DNA from: Sumerlaeia bacterium
GTDB taxonomy: Bacteria; Sumerlaeota; Sumerlaeia; SLMS01; JAHLLQ01
Reading direction: 5' to 3'
Length of the DNA stretch: 64,000 bases
Assembly: GCA_040219255.1 (NCBI GenBank)
Contig: JAVJSW010000037.1
Coordinates: 96,001-160,000, forward strand
The position numbers were made by a program, and so were the translations under genes. Positions 19,579 through 29,124 of this stretch are shown one piece after another; within the stretch, counting starts at the first letter, position 1, and each line of letters starts with the position of its first letter. Below the pieces are notes generated by a model. It made no database searches. It saw nothing but the letters and a program-made list of their open reading frames with translations, and was not told the DNA's origin.

Positions 19579-20949
19579 ATGCCGTCTCTTTCCCTTTCGC
19601 CCCACGCGAGGTCCAAAGTCCTTGCCGCAGTGCTGCTTTGCCTGACCGTTCCCTTTGCCGGTTTCGCCTCTTCGCAGTGGATCACCAAGGGTGTTCTCAA
19701 CGTGCCCAGCTATCAATACTCGTTCCTGGCGGCGACCCCGGATGGCGACTTGCTGGCCGCGACGTTCAACGGAACGAACGAGCCGGCGCAGGCTCCCATG
19801 CTCCTCATCAAGGACCCGACGGGCGTCAATCCCCAGGTGGAAGTCATCACCTCGGTCCTCTTCGATGGCCAGCGCGGCTATTCCGGTGTGGCCTGCATGC
19901 CCGACGGCAGCTTCTTCGTCGCGGGGGACACGGGGGACGAAGGCACCAGTTTCATCAAGAAGTTCCGCAAGAACGGCACGCTGGACACGTCCTTCGGCAA
20001 CAATGGCGAAGTCCGCCCCGGCCGCCGCGCCCTTGGCGTCGATGTCATGGGCGAGTACCTGCTGGTGGCGCTCAATTGGGGCAAGGTGGGTGTGATCCGC
20101 GCAAACGACGGCGCCATTCTCGGTGGCCTGCCGGACCCGGAGGCGGGCTTCTTCCTCCGCGATATCTCCATCGACCCGGGGACCCTGGATATCTTCGGCG
20201 TGGCCGAAGGCGACGTTTACCTCTGGGAGGGCGGTTCGCCCTGGAATCCGACGAGCTACCGCCGCCGCATGCTCTCCCAGTCCGAGGGCAGCCTGCGCTC
20301 TGGCGAGGGCATCTCCATCGATCCGCTTTCCAAGTCCGCCCTCACCACGCCCATTCCCGGCAACGTCCTGGCCAGCGTTTCCCCCGATGGCGTCATCACC
20401 CGCAGCACGGTGAATACGGCCCAGGAAGATTCGGAACTGACCGATTCCTCGCTCTCCTTCGATGGCCGGACGCTCTTCGTTTCCGACCTGAAGAAGCGCC
20501 GCATCCACGTCATGGAGCGTGAAGGAGCCGGCGCCGCCGGCAATGAACTGCGCCAGATTGCCCAGGCGCCCCGCAGCGCCGCCGCCGCCGAAGCTCCCCA
20601 GACCACCTATAAGACCCAGACCAAGTGGTATCGCTCCTACCTGGGCATCGTGGAAGCGGCCCGCCGGTACAACAAGCCGATGCTGGTGTACTTCCGCTCC
20701 GGCACCTTCCCCGAGTGCCTCGAGTTCGAGCGCAGCACCCTCCTCACACCCCAGTTCGACGCCGCCGTGCAAAACCGCGTCGTCTGCGTCTTCGAGGACG
20801 TCAGCAAAGACCCCCTGATCGCCTATCGCCTCGGCGTGTTCCGCGTGCCTCACGTCACGGTGTTCAATTCCGCGGGCGATCCGGTCGCCCGGTTCACCCG
20901 CGAGATCAGCACGCCTGAGCTGATCGGCGCGATCCAGTCGGTGAATTAA
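19579..20949 (+). CDS. Secreted beta-propeller protein with C-terminal thioredoxin-like domain
   Basis: Signal peptide; propeller-like repeats (LDTSFGNNG, SFDGRTLFVSD); C-terminal WY...AARRYNKPMLVYF...C...VPH thioredoxin-like pattern. Confidence 0.65.
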   Translation: MPSLSLSPHARSKVLAAVLLCLTVPFAGFASSQWITKGVLNVPSYQYSFLAATPDGDLLAATFNGTNEPAQAPMLLIKDPTGVNPQVEVITSVLFDGQRGYSGVACMPDGSFFVAGDTGDEGTSFIKKFRKNGTLDTSFGNNGEVRPGRRALGVDVMGEYLLVALNWGKVGVIRANDGAILGGLPDPEAGFFLRDISIDPGTLDIFGVAEGDVYLWEGGSPWNPTSYRRRMLSQSEGSLRSGEGISIDPLSKSALTTPIPGNVLASVSPDGVITRSTVNTAQEDSELTDSSLSFDGRTLFVSDLKKRRIHVMEREGAGAAGNELRQIAQAPRSAAAAEAPQTTYKTQTKWYRSYLGIVEAARRYNKPMLVYFRSGTFPECLEFERSTLLTPQFDAAVQNRVVCVFEDVSKDPLIAYRLGVFRVPHVTVFNSAGDPVARFTREISTPELIGAIQSVN

Positions 20950-21049
20950 GCTCGCCCGCTTTCCGAGCATCACGCAAGCCGAGGAGCCGCCCCCGCACCG
21001 GAGGCGGCTTTCGCGTGCCGAGGGCCTTCGCGGTGGACCGCGATAATCA

Positions 21050-21078
21050 TTGACTGCGAAGAGTTGCATCTCTACAGT
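21050..21078 (+). promoter_or_regulatory. Putative sigma70 promoter of the pseudopilin gene
   Basis: TTGACT - 17 bp - TACAGT, ending 36 bp before the ATG. Confidence 0.5.
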
Positions 21079-21114
21079 TGCTCCGAATTTCACATACTCC
21101 GGGAGTCCGATTCG

Positions 21115-21777
21115 ATGCGAGTCAAAGCCTTCACACTGATCGAATTGCTGATCGTTGTCGCCATCATCGCCATTTTGGCGGCGATCGCCGTGCCCAACTT
21201 CCTGGAGGCTCAGGTCCGTTCCAAAGTATCGCGCACGAAAGCGGACATGCGCAGCATCGCCACCGCCCTCGAGAGCTACCGAGTGGATTCGAACAAGTAC
21301 CCCCCCTTCGACCTCGATCCGCAAAGCTTCAGCGTGCCCAGTAACGGCAACCCGGCTGCGCCAGCCCCCGGGAACACGTCCACCGCCGATCCCTGCTTGC
21401 GTTCCGGCGGGGGCTTGACAACTCCCATTTCCTACATGACCTCCATCCCGGCGGACCCCTTTGGGGATGCGCTTCCCGACGACCTTTTCACCTTCGGTGG
21501 TGCGGCGACGGTTGCCGAAGCTTATTACTACAACACGAAGGACTGGTTCGATTGCCGGAATTTCGCCTGGACGATTTACACGGACGATCCGTCGGAAACG
21601 CCGACGAATCCCGCTCAGTGGGTCTTGCAGAGCAAGGGGCCGGACAAGTGGTTCGCTCCGCCAAACAGCGTGGCCGCCGGTACCGGCGTCGCGCATGTGG
21701 ACCGCGCGGTTTATTACCAGTACGACGCCACGAACGGCACGGTGAGCATCGGTAACATCGTCCGGGTCGGGCCGTAA
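21115..21777 (+). CDS. Type IV pilin/T2SS GspG-like pseudopilin
   Basis: KA|FTLIELLIVVAIIAILAAIAVPNF N-methylation motif; YRVD..YP, IPADPF, SKGPD. Confidence 0.92.
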   Translation: MRVKAFTLIELLIVVAIIAILAAIAVPNFLEAQVRSKVSRTKADMRSIATALESYRVDSNKYPPFDLDPQSFSVPSNGNPAAPAPGNTSTADPCLRSGGGLTTPISYMTSIPADPFGDALPDDLFTFGGAATVAEAYYYNTKDWFDCRNFAWTIYTDDPSETPTNPAQWVLQSKGPDKWFAPPNSVAAGTGVAHVDRAVYYQYDATNGTVSIGNIVRVGP

Positions 21778-21882
21778 CGGGGGAAGGGCTCGTCTCCGGG
21801 TTTGGCCTTCTTCTCCGCGGCCCCAATGTGGAGTTGACGGAGGGGGCTCGCTTCGGGTGACTGCTGAGCAGGAGCCCGCGCC

Positions 21883-24498
21883 ATGAGTTCGACGGACCGC
21901 GTTTTTCCGCCGCCGCTCTTTCCGCCTCCGCTGCCGCGCCCCGTGGTGCATGGCCTGCGGCGGCGGATCTTGCTGTTGGTGCTGCTGTTGACCACGCTGC
22001 CGGCGGCGGTGGCGCTGGTAGTGTTCTGGATCAGTGCCGCGGGGGCGGTGCGATGGCGGGCGACGGACGAGGCCCGCAGCATCGCCGAGCAGATGTCGGT
22101 GACGCTGGAAACGTCGATCCAGCGCCGGATGAACAGTTTGCGCCGGCTGGCCCAATCACCGGAATTGCTGACCTTGTCGACCCCGGTTTTGCAGGGTCAG
22201 AAGAGCGCCTCGACGCTGCTGCCGCTGCCCGATCACGTCTTGACCCTGACGAGTGAGGTTTGCGGGGAAGGCGGGCGGATTTTTCTGCTGGGAGCCAGCG
22301 GCAACCCCCTCGCCGAAATCCGCGGGGGCCGACTGGCGCCGCCGCCCGCGGCGGTCAGCCTGCAATACTACAACGCTTTCCCGCACATTCCGGCCGGGGA
22401 TCGGGACACCTTCATCGCCGCGCTGCCCATCGAACGGTCCACGCCGGTCTTGTTCATCGGCGTGGCGTTGCGGGGAGGCCGGGCGCCGGAGGGCAGTTTC
22501 CTCGCCGCGCTGCTGCCGACGCAGCCGTTCCTCGACGAAGCGGAACGATTCTCGTCGCCGGTGGCGTCGCAGCCCATGATCCTCGTGTCGCGGTCACGAG
22601 GCGTCGTTTACAATACATGGAACGACGGAGGTCTGAGCCAACGCATCAGCGAGATTCGCGAAGAGCTGTTCGCCGGACCGCCCGCCGGCCAGATCGCTCC
22701 CATGACCTATCGCCGGCACAAGGTCGTTTTGGCCTTTAGCCGCACCCGTTCGCTGCAAAGTCTCGCCGATCCCTCGATGCTGCCGATCGAGTGGGCGATC
22801 GTGCAGCCGGTGGATTTGGACGAAGTGCTGGAACCGCTGACGACTGGCCTTTGGACCACGGCCTTCGCGGGAATCGCGGCGGTGCTGATGGCCTCGGTGC
22901 TGGCTTCGTGGCTGTCGAATCGGCTGGTGCGCCCCATCCGCGTCTTGTCCCAGGGCATGCAGCGTTTCGCTCTGGGGGAACTCGACTACCGGGTTCGACT
23001 GCGCACGGGCGACGAAATCGAGGCGCTGGCCGAGTCGGCGAACCAGATGGCGGATTCGCTCGAGAAAAGTTATCACGAACTCGGCGCCCGCCTGCTCGAA
23101 CTCGACGAGCAGAAACGCCAACTCGAACTCGTCCACTCGATCAGCCACTCCATCAATCGCGAGCTGAACCTGTCGGTGCTCTTCGACCGCATCGTGGACG
23201 AGATCCTTTCGCAGGTGCCCTCGGACCGGCTTTGGCTGGCGCTGGCGGACGAATCGACGGGTCAGCTCCGGGTGGCCTTCCGCTATCCCAAGCGCCTGGG
23301 TCCGTGGACCGAGGGGACGGTTCTGGACCGGGAGCGTTCGCTGACGGCGCGCGCACTGGCCCAGCGCACGCTGGCGATCAGCTCACTCCTGGAGGAGGAC
23401 GAGGCGCGGCAGGAGGCGGAGGAGCTTCTGCCGGAGCAACTCCACAGTCTTTGCGTCGTGCCTTTGATTTCCAGCGATGGGGTCGTGGGAGCGATGTTGC
23501 TGGCGAGCAACGAGGACTCGCACTACAGCTCGAACGAGGCGGCGTTCCTGCGCCAGTTGGCGGAGACGCTGGCACTGGCGATTCATCAATGCCGGCTCTA
23601 CGAACGCATCAGCCACTTCGCCACTGAATTGGAAGGCACGGTGCAGCGCCGCACGGAGGAACTGCGCGAAGCGCAGGAACGGCTGGTGGAGTCGGAGAAG
23701 TTGGCGGCGGCGGGGGCGCTGGCGGCGAATGTGGCGCACGAAATCAACAACCCGCTCTCCATCATCAAGAACTACCTGCGGCTTGCCTCCGGGCAATTGG
23801 GTAAGCAGGCGAAAGCTTCCGCCAACCCCGACGGCACCGTGGAAAACATCCGCCGGAGTCTGGGCGTGGTGGAGGAAGAAATCGACCGCATCGCCCGCAT
23901 CGTGGCGCAGCTGCGGCTTGTGGGGGCGATGCCCAAGTCCGAGTCGGCGCCCGTGGCGGAGCTGGTCGACGTGCCGGAGGAAGCCCGGGCACTGCTGGGC
24001 TTGCTGGATCATTCCCTCAAGTCCAAGTCCATCGACGTGGCTGTCGAGGAAGACGTTGGGGTTTCGGCCATCTGGACGGTGCGGGACTATCTGAGGCAGA
24101 TTCTGCTGAACCTTCTGCGCAATGCCATCGACGCCATCGAGGCGGCGCAGCGCCCCAGCGGCGAGATCGTCGTCCGCATCCGCCACGCCCGGGGATCGCA
24201 ACAGGGCATCATGCTCGAGGTGGAGGACGACGGCTGCGGCATCGATGGGTCCAAGCGGGGCCGCATCTTCGATCCGTTCTTCACGACGAAGGCGGAGGGC
24301 AAAGGGACGGGGCTTGGCTTGTCGGTCTCCTACGGGCTCGCCCGGCGCATGGGCGGGGCGCTGTCGGTGGAAAGCGAAGTCGGCGTCGGCTCCGTGTTCC
24401 GGCTCACGCTGCCCCTGGGCGAACGTCCCAAAACTCCCGAGCCGCCGGAGCACTCAACGGGGGTTCGCCGTGTCGGAGGCCGCATCATCATTGGCTAA
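21883..24498 (+). CDS. Membrane sensor histidine kinase (periplasmic Cache-like, HAMP, GAF, HisKA, HATPase)
   Basis: Two TM helices; HAMP (GDEIEALAESANQM); GAF; AHEINNPL; NAIDA, DDGCGI, FFTTK, GTGLGL. Confidence 0.93.
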   Translation: MSSTDRVFPPPLFPPPLPRPVVHGLRRRILLLVLLLTTLPAAVALVVFWISAAGAVRWRATDEARSIAEQMSVTLETSIQRRMNSLRRLAQSPELLTLSTPVLQGQKSASTLLPLPDHVLTLTSEVCGEGGRIFLLGASGNPLAEIRGGRLAPPPAAVSLQYYNAFPHIPAGDRDTFIAALPIERSTPVLFIGVALRGGRAPEGSFLAALLPTQPFLDEAERFSSPVASQPMILVSRSRGVVYNTWNDGGLSQRISEIREELFAGPPAGQIAPMTYRRHKVVLAFSRTRSLQSLADPSMLPIEWAIVQPVDLDEVLEPLTTGLWTTAFAGIAAVLMASVLASWLSNRLVRPIRVLSQGMQRFALGELDYRVRLRTGDEIEALAESANQMADSLEKSYHELGARLLELDEQKRQLELVHSISHSINRELNLSVLFDRIVDEILSQVPSDRLWLALADESTGQLRVAFRYPKRLGPWTEGTVLDRERSLTARALAQRTLAISSLLEEDEARQEAEELLPEQLHSLCVVPLISSDGVVGAMLLASNEDSHYSSNEAAFLRQLAETLALAIHQCRLYERISHFATELEGTVQRRTEELREAQERLVESEKLAAAGALAANVAHEINNPLSIIKNYLRLASGQLGKQAKASANPDGTVENIRRSLGVVEEEIDRIARIVAQLRLVGAMPKSESAPVAELVDVPEEARALLGLLDHSLKSKSIDVAVEEDVGVSAIWTVRDYLRQILLNLLRNAIDAIEAAQRPSGEIVVRIRHARGSQQGIMLEVEDDGCGIDGSKRGRIFDPFFTTKAEGKGTGLGLSVSYGLARRMGGALSVESEVGVGSVFRLTLPLGERPKTPEPPEHSTGVRRVGGRIIIG

Positions 24499-26448
24499 AC
24501 CGGGGAGGCGGAGCGAGCCGCGAAGAATCAGGTCGGTGCCGTTGGCGGGGCCTTCGAGCGACCAGTCGCGCGCCCCTCCGTCGTCCTGGCCATCGGGCCC
24601 GCGGCTCCAGACGCGCCAAGCCTGAGGGCTCTCTCGCTCGTAAATGTAGGGGTCCGATCCCCCAGGCGAAAAGACGTCCGCCACGGGAAAGCCGATCCCG
24701 GTGTCGAGCAACCGGTCCAGGCTGGCGGGTGGCTCGCCGTGTTCGTCGGCATAGCTCTTCACCCATTCCGACACGGTCTCCAGGCGTGTCCTCGTGCCCT
24801 CGATGAGTCTCAAGTCCTCGCGGAGCCATTTCGCTCGCAATCGCGGCAGCTTCATCAGGGCGAGAATCGCCTGTGGCGGCGCTGCGACCGCACCCCTGGC
24901 CTGGACGTCGCCCTCGCTGTCCATGGTCAGGGTCAAGGTCCCCGTCCCCATCGCGTCGCCGCCCGCGCTCCGCCAGGCTTCATCGGGGCGGCGGCGGTCG
25001 AGACTGCGGCCGGCGAGAGCCAGGGCGGCCCGGTAGGCTCTCGCCGTGTCCCATGTCATGTGGATCGTGATCGGCGCGCCGTTCGCCTCGGCGGTCTGGA
25101 CGCGGGTCGCTTCGAAGAGTTGGCCTGCTTTCTCGGAGTCGTTTCCGATGACGAAGTGGGTGCCGTCTTGCCGCCAGGTCAACAGGCGGGATGTCGCCGC
25201 GTCGCTGGACCAGAGGGTGGCGGCCATGCCCGTTTCGCTCGTTGCGGTCTGGGCGCCCCGCAGCAAAGCGAATTCTTCCCAGAGCGCAGCGAGGAGGGCC
25301 GGGTCGCCGCTGGGTGTGGCGGCCGCCCACAGGAACGGGGAGGAGGCGGATTCTTCGCCCGGAGCCAGCGCGAGGGTTAGAGGACCCTCGATCAGGGGCA
25401 GTAGCATTTCACGAACGGAAAACCCTGCCGACCGATCGAGCGCCCTCAGGGAATTCTCGAGCGCCAGGCGGTCTCGCCGGAACTGCGTTTCAAAGAGCGC
25501 TTCCGCCCAAAGATCGTAGAGGGAAGTGAAGTCGGGGGTGGAAAGCGTGACGGTCAGCAGCGAACCGCTGGAAAGTGCGGGAGGATGGCCGCCGCCCACC
25601 TCCGCCTCGAGGCCCGGAAAAGGGAAAGGCGACGACTCCTTGGCCGGATCGTTGGGCGAGAGCGCGAAGGCGAACCGCAGGCCGTCCTCCGTCCAGTCCG
25701 CGCTGCCGGCGAGCGATTTCCAGCCCGCGGCCGCATCCGCCCGGGCGCTCAGCCGCGGCAGGGAGAGCGAGGGAGAGAGTTCTTGCCAAAGATCGTCGAG
25801 AGCCACGACGAACTGAATGGGAGCCTTCGGTTCGGCGTCGCGCAACGCCGCAGCCAGCGCGGGGGTGCGGGTCCCGCGGCTGCCGTGGCCCTGCATCAAT
25901 TCGCCGAATTCGCCCCAGGCATTGGCTGTGGCGACGAAGTCTTCGGCGAGAAAATAGAAGTAGGTGCCGAAGGCGTCTCGTTCGTCGACCTTGGCGAGTT
26001 CTTGCGGGCCTGAACCGCGGGTCGCTCCGATCGCCGTCGTGTCGCCGATGCGCCGCTCGGGCAACCTCTTGGGCCACAGATCGTCGACGAGCGTCTGAGT
26101 GTCGGCGTGAAAGAGCAGGGCGTAGAACAGGGCGCGTTCGGCGGAGAAGCTGGCGAGCAGAGGCGAGCGGGCTTCTCGGCTGAGGGGCTGATCCAATCCC
26201 CACTGGCGCTCCTCGGGGAACGATTCGGCGCTGGGGAAGGCGCCGTGGAGAACATCCCAAAGCGCGGCTGGATCGCGCACCAGGAGAGCGCAGGACGCAT
26301 CGCGCGGCAGGAGGGAAGCGCGCGTCCACAACTCGTCCTCGCGCCAATCCGGGGGCGGGTCTTGCGCGGCGATTTGCGGGCCCGATGCGAAGCTCGCCGC
26401 CAGCAAGGCGGCCATCACCCGGGCGTACCATTTTCCGTCATTTGGCAT
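24454..26448 (-). CDS. Exported hypothetical protein with GspG-like C-terminal module
   Basis: Signal-like N-terminus; C-terminal Y..EHGEPPASLDRL...DVF...YIY...VWSRGPDGQDDGG; 3' end overlaps the kinase gene by 45 nt. Confidence 0.65.
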   Translation of the reverse strand: MPNDGKWYARVMAALLAASFASGPQIAAQDPPPDWREDELWTRASLLPRDASCALLVRDPAALWDVLHGAFPSAESFPEERQWGLDQPLSREARSPLLASFSAERALFYALLFHADTQTLVDDLWPKRLPERRIGDTTAIGATRGSGPQELAKVDERDAFGTYFYFLAEDFVATANAWGEFGELMQGHGSRGTRTPALAAALRDAEPKAPIQFVVALDDLWQELSPSLSLPRLSARADAAAGWKSLAGSADWTEDGLRFAFALSPNDPAKESSPFPFPGLEAEVGGGHPPALSSGSLLTVTLSTPDFTSLYDLWAEALFETQFRRDRLALENSLRALDRSAGFSVREMLLPLIEGPLTLALAPGEESASSPFLWAAATPSGDPALLAALWEEFALLRGAQTATSETGMAATLWSSDAATSRLLTWRQDGTHFVIGNDSEKAGQLFEATRVQTAEANGAPITIHMTWDTARAYRAALALAGRSLDRRRPDEAWRSAGGDAMGTGTLTLTMDSEGDVQARGAVAAPPQAILALMKLPRLRAKWLREDLRLIEGTRTRLETVSEWVKSYADEHGEPPASLDRLLDTGIGFPVADVFSPGGSDPYIYERESPQAWRVWSRGPDGQDDGGARDWSLEGPANGTDLILRGSLRLPGLANDDAASDTANPR

Positions 26449-26563
26449 GGAGGTCGGGCGGAGTCCTTGGAGAAAGGGCGTTCTGGCCTTGTACCGGCGC
26501 GCGGCGGTGCGTTCCACTCGGCGGCGCGCACCCCACAACGCCACTCTTTCTGGAGAATCCTTC

Positions 26564-27520
26564 GTGACGCAAGAAAACCCGCCCGGGCAAAACGCAGACA
26601 TCGCAGCTTCCGCTTTCCGCTCGGGATTCGTGGCCCTGCTCGGCCATCCCAACGCCGGCAAGTCCACCCTGCTCAACGCCCTTGTCGGGTATAAGTTGGC
26701 CGCCGTCAGCGGCTTGCCCCAAACCACCCGCGACCGCATCAACGGCATCGTCTCGCGAGCCGACATGCAGGTGGTCTTTGTCGACTTGCCCGGCCTCATC
26801 GATCCCAACGACCGCCTCAACGAGACCCTGCGCTGGCGCGTTCTGGAAACGCTCAACGACGTCGATGTGGTGGTCCATCTGGTCGACGTCAGTGAAGAGA
26901 AGCCCGTCAGCGACGACATGGCCGCGATCCTGGGGGACGTCAAACGCCCGATGATCTTCGCCGCGAACAAGGTGGACCTGAAGACTTCGGAGTTTCATCT
27001 GGCCTCGTTCATGGGGGAACTGCCGGGCCCCGGCCCGGGCGGCTACAGCGCCTCGCTCGTGCTTTCGGCCGCTCAGGAAGCAGGCCTGCCGGAGCTTCTC
27101 GAAGCCATCCGGCCCCATCTGATCGAGGGTCCGCCGCTCTACGATACCGATCACCTGACGGATCGGACCATGCGGTTCCTGGTCTCGGAGATCGTCCGCG
27201 AGAAAGTCTATCACTATACGCACCAGGAAATTCCCTACGCCACCGCCGTGACCATCGACGAGTTCATCGAACGCAAGAAGGCCAAGTGGTATATCGGGGC
27301 GACGATCCATGTGGAACGCGACAGCCAAAAAGGCATCGTGATCGGCAAGAAGGGCGACCTGCTGAAGCGCATCAGCCGCACCGCGCGCCAGGACTGCGAG
27401 AAGCTCTGTGGCTCGCCGATTTTCCTGGAACTGTTCGTGAAGGTGACGCCGAACTGGCGCAAAAACGACGCGCGGCTGAAGGAATTCGGGTATGATCCGC
27501 CGAAGCGGCGAAAGGAATAG
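26564..27520 (+). CDS. era: GTPase Era
   Basis: FRSGFVALLGHPNAGKSTL, PQTTR, DLPG, NKVD, EIVREK..EIPY, KH domain QKGIVIGKKG. Confidence 0.95.
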   Translation: MTQENPPGQNADIAASAFRSGFVALLGHPNAGKSTLLNALVGYKLAAVSGLPQTTRDRINGIVSRADMQVVFVDLPGLIDPNDRLNETLRWRVLETLNDVDVVVHLVDVSEEKPVSDDMAAILGDVKRPMIFAANKVDLKTSEFHLASFMGELPGPGPGGYSASLVLSAAQEAGLPELLEAIRPHLIEGPPLYDTDHLTDRTMRFLVSEIVREKVYHYTHQEIPYATAVTIDEFIERKKAKWYIGATIHVERDSQKGIVIGKKGDLLKRISRTARQDCEKLCGSPIFLELFVKVTPNWRKNDARLKEFGYDPPKRRKE

Positions 27521-27545
27521 CAGGCGGCTATTCCTCTTCTTTCGT
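27513..27545 (+). terminator. Hairpin at the era stop, likely terminator
   Basis: AGGAATAGC-AGGCG-GCTATTCCT followed by CTTCTTT. Confidence 0.55.
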
Positions 27546-27956
27546 CCTCCGGTCCTTGTCTTCCGTGGGTGGAAGCAAAGCGCGGAGATCTTCGTCAAGG
27601 AAGTCGGACTTGTAGGCGCCTTGAATAATCTAAGAAAGTGATAATGGAGGCATGGGAGCCTCGTGGATGGTTGCGAACCCTTGTTCGATCAGGCGGTCCA
27701 GGATTTCGGGTGTCAGGGCTCGGGCATGGCGGTAGTCCACCACGGACGCTTGGCGGATAAAGGGATGACAACCCGGGTTCAAAGTACACGAAGTATCCTG
27801 TGCAGTCCGGCGCCGGGTCACCACGCAAGGCAACAGCATCAGGTGTTCGGGATGGTCCTTCGGCGATGTAATCACGAGGTAGAGGTGAGACTTGCTGCCG
27901 GGCCGCAGGACATCGGCGATCAACACGCAATCGCCCACCGCGTATTGGCGGGCCAC
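27528..27956 (-). pseudogene. Putative PemK/MazF-like toxin interrupted by an in-frame TAG at 27632-27630
   Basis: HLYLVIT...DTSCTLNPGCHPFI..SVVDY; the frame continues after the TAG as IIQGAYKSDFLDEDLRALL... to a second TAG at 27530-27528; GTG start shares one base with the antitoxin stop. Confidence 0.6.
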
Positions 27957-28519
27957 TACTCAGGGTCCTCGGCCACGCGGGAAATCAGCCCATCGGTCCT
28001 CTGAAGTGAAAGCAGTTCTTCGATTTCCTCATCGTCGAATCCCTGGACTTCCAGAATCGCGCGCATGGATATGGGACGGGACGAGGAGCCGGGGTCCTGC
28101 CACTCGGGGAATGTGTGGGTGAGATCGCTGAGGACGAATGGGTCTTCGACCGGCCCGAACTTCTCAACGATTTCCTCCACGATTCGCTGATCGGCGCGGG
28201 ACAAGGTCGTCGCCGGGGTGGACTTCAGAATCGCCATCGTCTGCGAGTTCTCGATGTGATCGAGCCAATAGGCGCCCACACCGGACGCGAGCGGCTCGTC
28301 CACCTTCATCAGGTCGTAAACCTTCGAGAGTACCGGGCCCCAGCGCATGGAATAGGGCCGGTCGCCCGTGATGGGGCTGCCATAACGGCCAATCGCCAGC
28401 CGATCCGCCAAATACATCAACTTGAGCAAGTGAATCCGGGACAACGGCCCGCCTGCCGCCTGCAAGAAGCGGGCGGCGAGTTGCGTGGCCTTTTTCTCGT
28501 TGAAACTCCACTCGAGCAT
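27956..28519 (-). CDS. Panacea-domain (DUF4065/SocA-like) antitoxin
   Basis: FNEKKATQLAARFL, LLKLMYLADR...YGSPITGD, MRWGPV...YD, LSDLTH.FPEW. Confidence 0.85.
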   Translation of the reverse strand: MLEWSFNEKKATQLAARFLQAAGGPLSRIHLLKLMYLADRLAIGRYGSPITGDRPYSMRWGPVLSKVYDLMKVDEPLASGVGAYWLDHIENSQTMAILKSTPATTLSRADQRIVEEIVEKFGPVEDPFVLSDLTHTFPEWQDPGSSSRPISMRAILEVQGFDDEEIEELLSLQRTDGLISRVAEDPE

Positions 28520-28579
28520 TGCTCACCGCCGGGCGAAAACTAGGCGAATGTTGACACAGGCCAGTCCTGTCATCAAGGG

Positions 28580-28611
28580 AAAACAAGAAGCCCCGCCAAC
28601 ACTGGCAGGGC
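28580..28611 (-). terminator. Terminator of the tRNA operon
   Basis: Minus strand GCCCTGCCA-GTGT-TGGCGGGGC followed by TTCTTGTTTT. Confidence 0.65.
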
Positions 28612-28643
28612 GCTTGACGAGAATAATGCTGTAAAAAAAGAAG

Positions 28644-28720
28644 TGGTGGCGAGGGGGAGACTCGAACTCCCGACCTACGGGTTATGAGTCCGTCGCTCTA
28701 ACCACCTGAGCTACCTCGCC
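28644..28720 (-). tRNA. tRNA-Met(CAT), elongator type
   Basis: GGCGAGG/CCTCGCC acceptor stem, D-arm, CTCATAA anticodon loop, GTTCGAGTC T-arm, encoded CCA; paired G1-C72, so not an initiator. Ile2 is less likely but not excluded. Confidence 0.9.
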
Positions 28721-28769
28721 ACACGGACGGATTGCGCCAGGGACGTGTGCCTGACGCAATCCTAAGTTT

Positions 28770-28845
<76 letters not shown>

Positions 28846-28900
28846 ACAAGGACCCGCGTTCAAAGGTCTGAAAACCCTGAATTTGAGCCCTGAATATGTT

Positions 28901-28976
<76 letters not shown>

Positions 28977-29015
28977 ACACGCGCCGCCGCAACCCTTTGT
29001 CGCGAGCGGACAAGG

Positions 29016-29064
29016 AGTGTGCTTAAAGCCACGCCCCCTGTCAAGCCCCCTTCCACGTTTTTTT
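29016..29064 (-). promoter_or_regulatory. Putative sigma70 promoter of the tRNA operon
   Basis: Minus strand A-tract, then TTGACA (29044-29039), 17 bp, CACACT. Confidence 0.55.
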
Positions 29065-29124
29065 TCCTTCCCGCCGAGACCCCCTTTCCTCTTCCATAAC
29101 CCCACTCCCCGGGAAAGGCCGACC

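Noticed and set aside
27630-27632. Genome-wide TAG recoding or pyrrolysine
   Set aside because: TAG terminates conserved genes here at their expected ends (era, exbD, DUF72), and no pyl genes are in the window.
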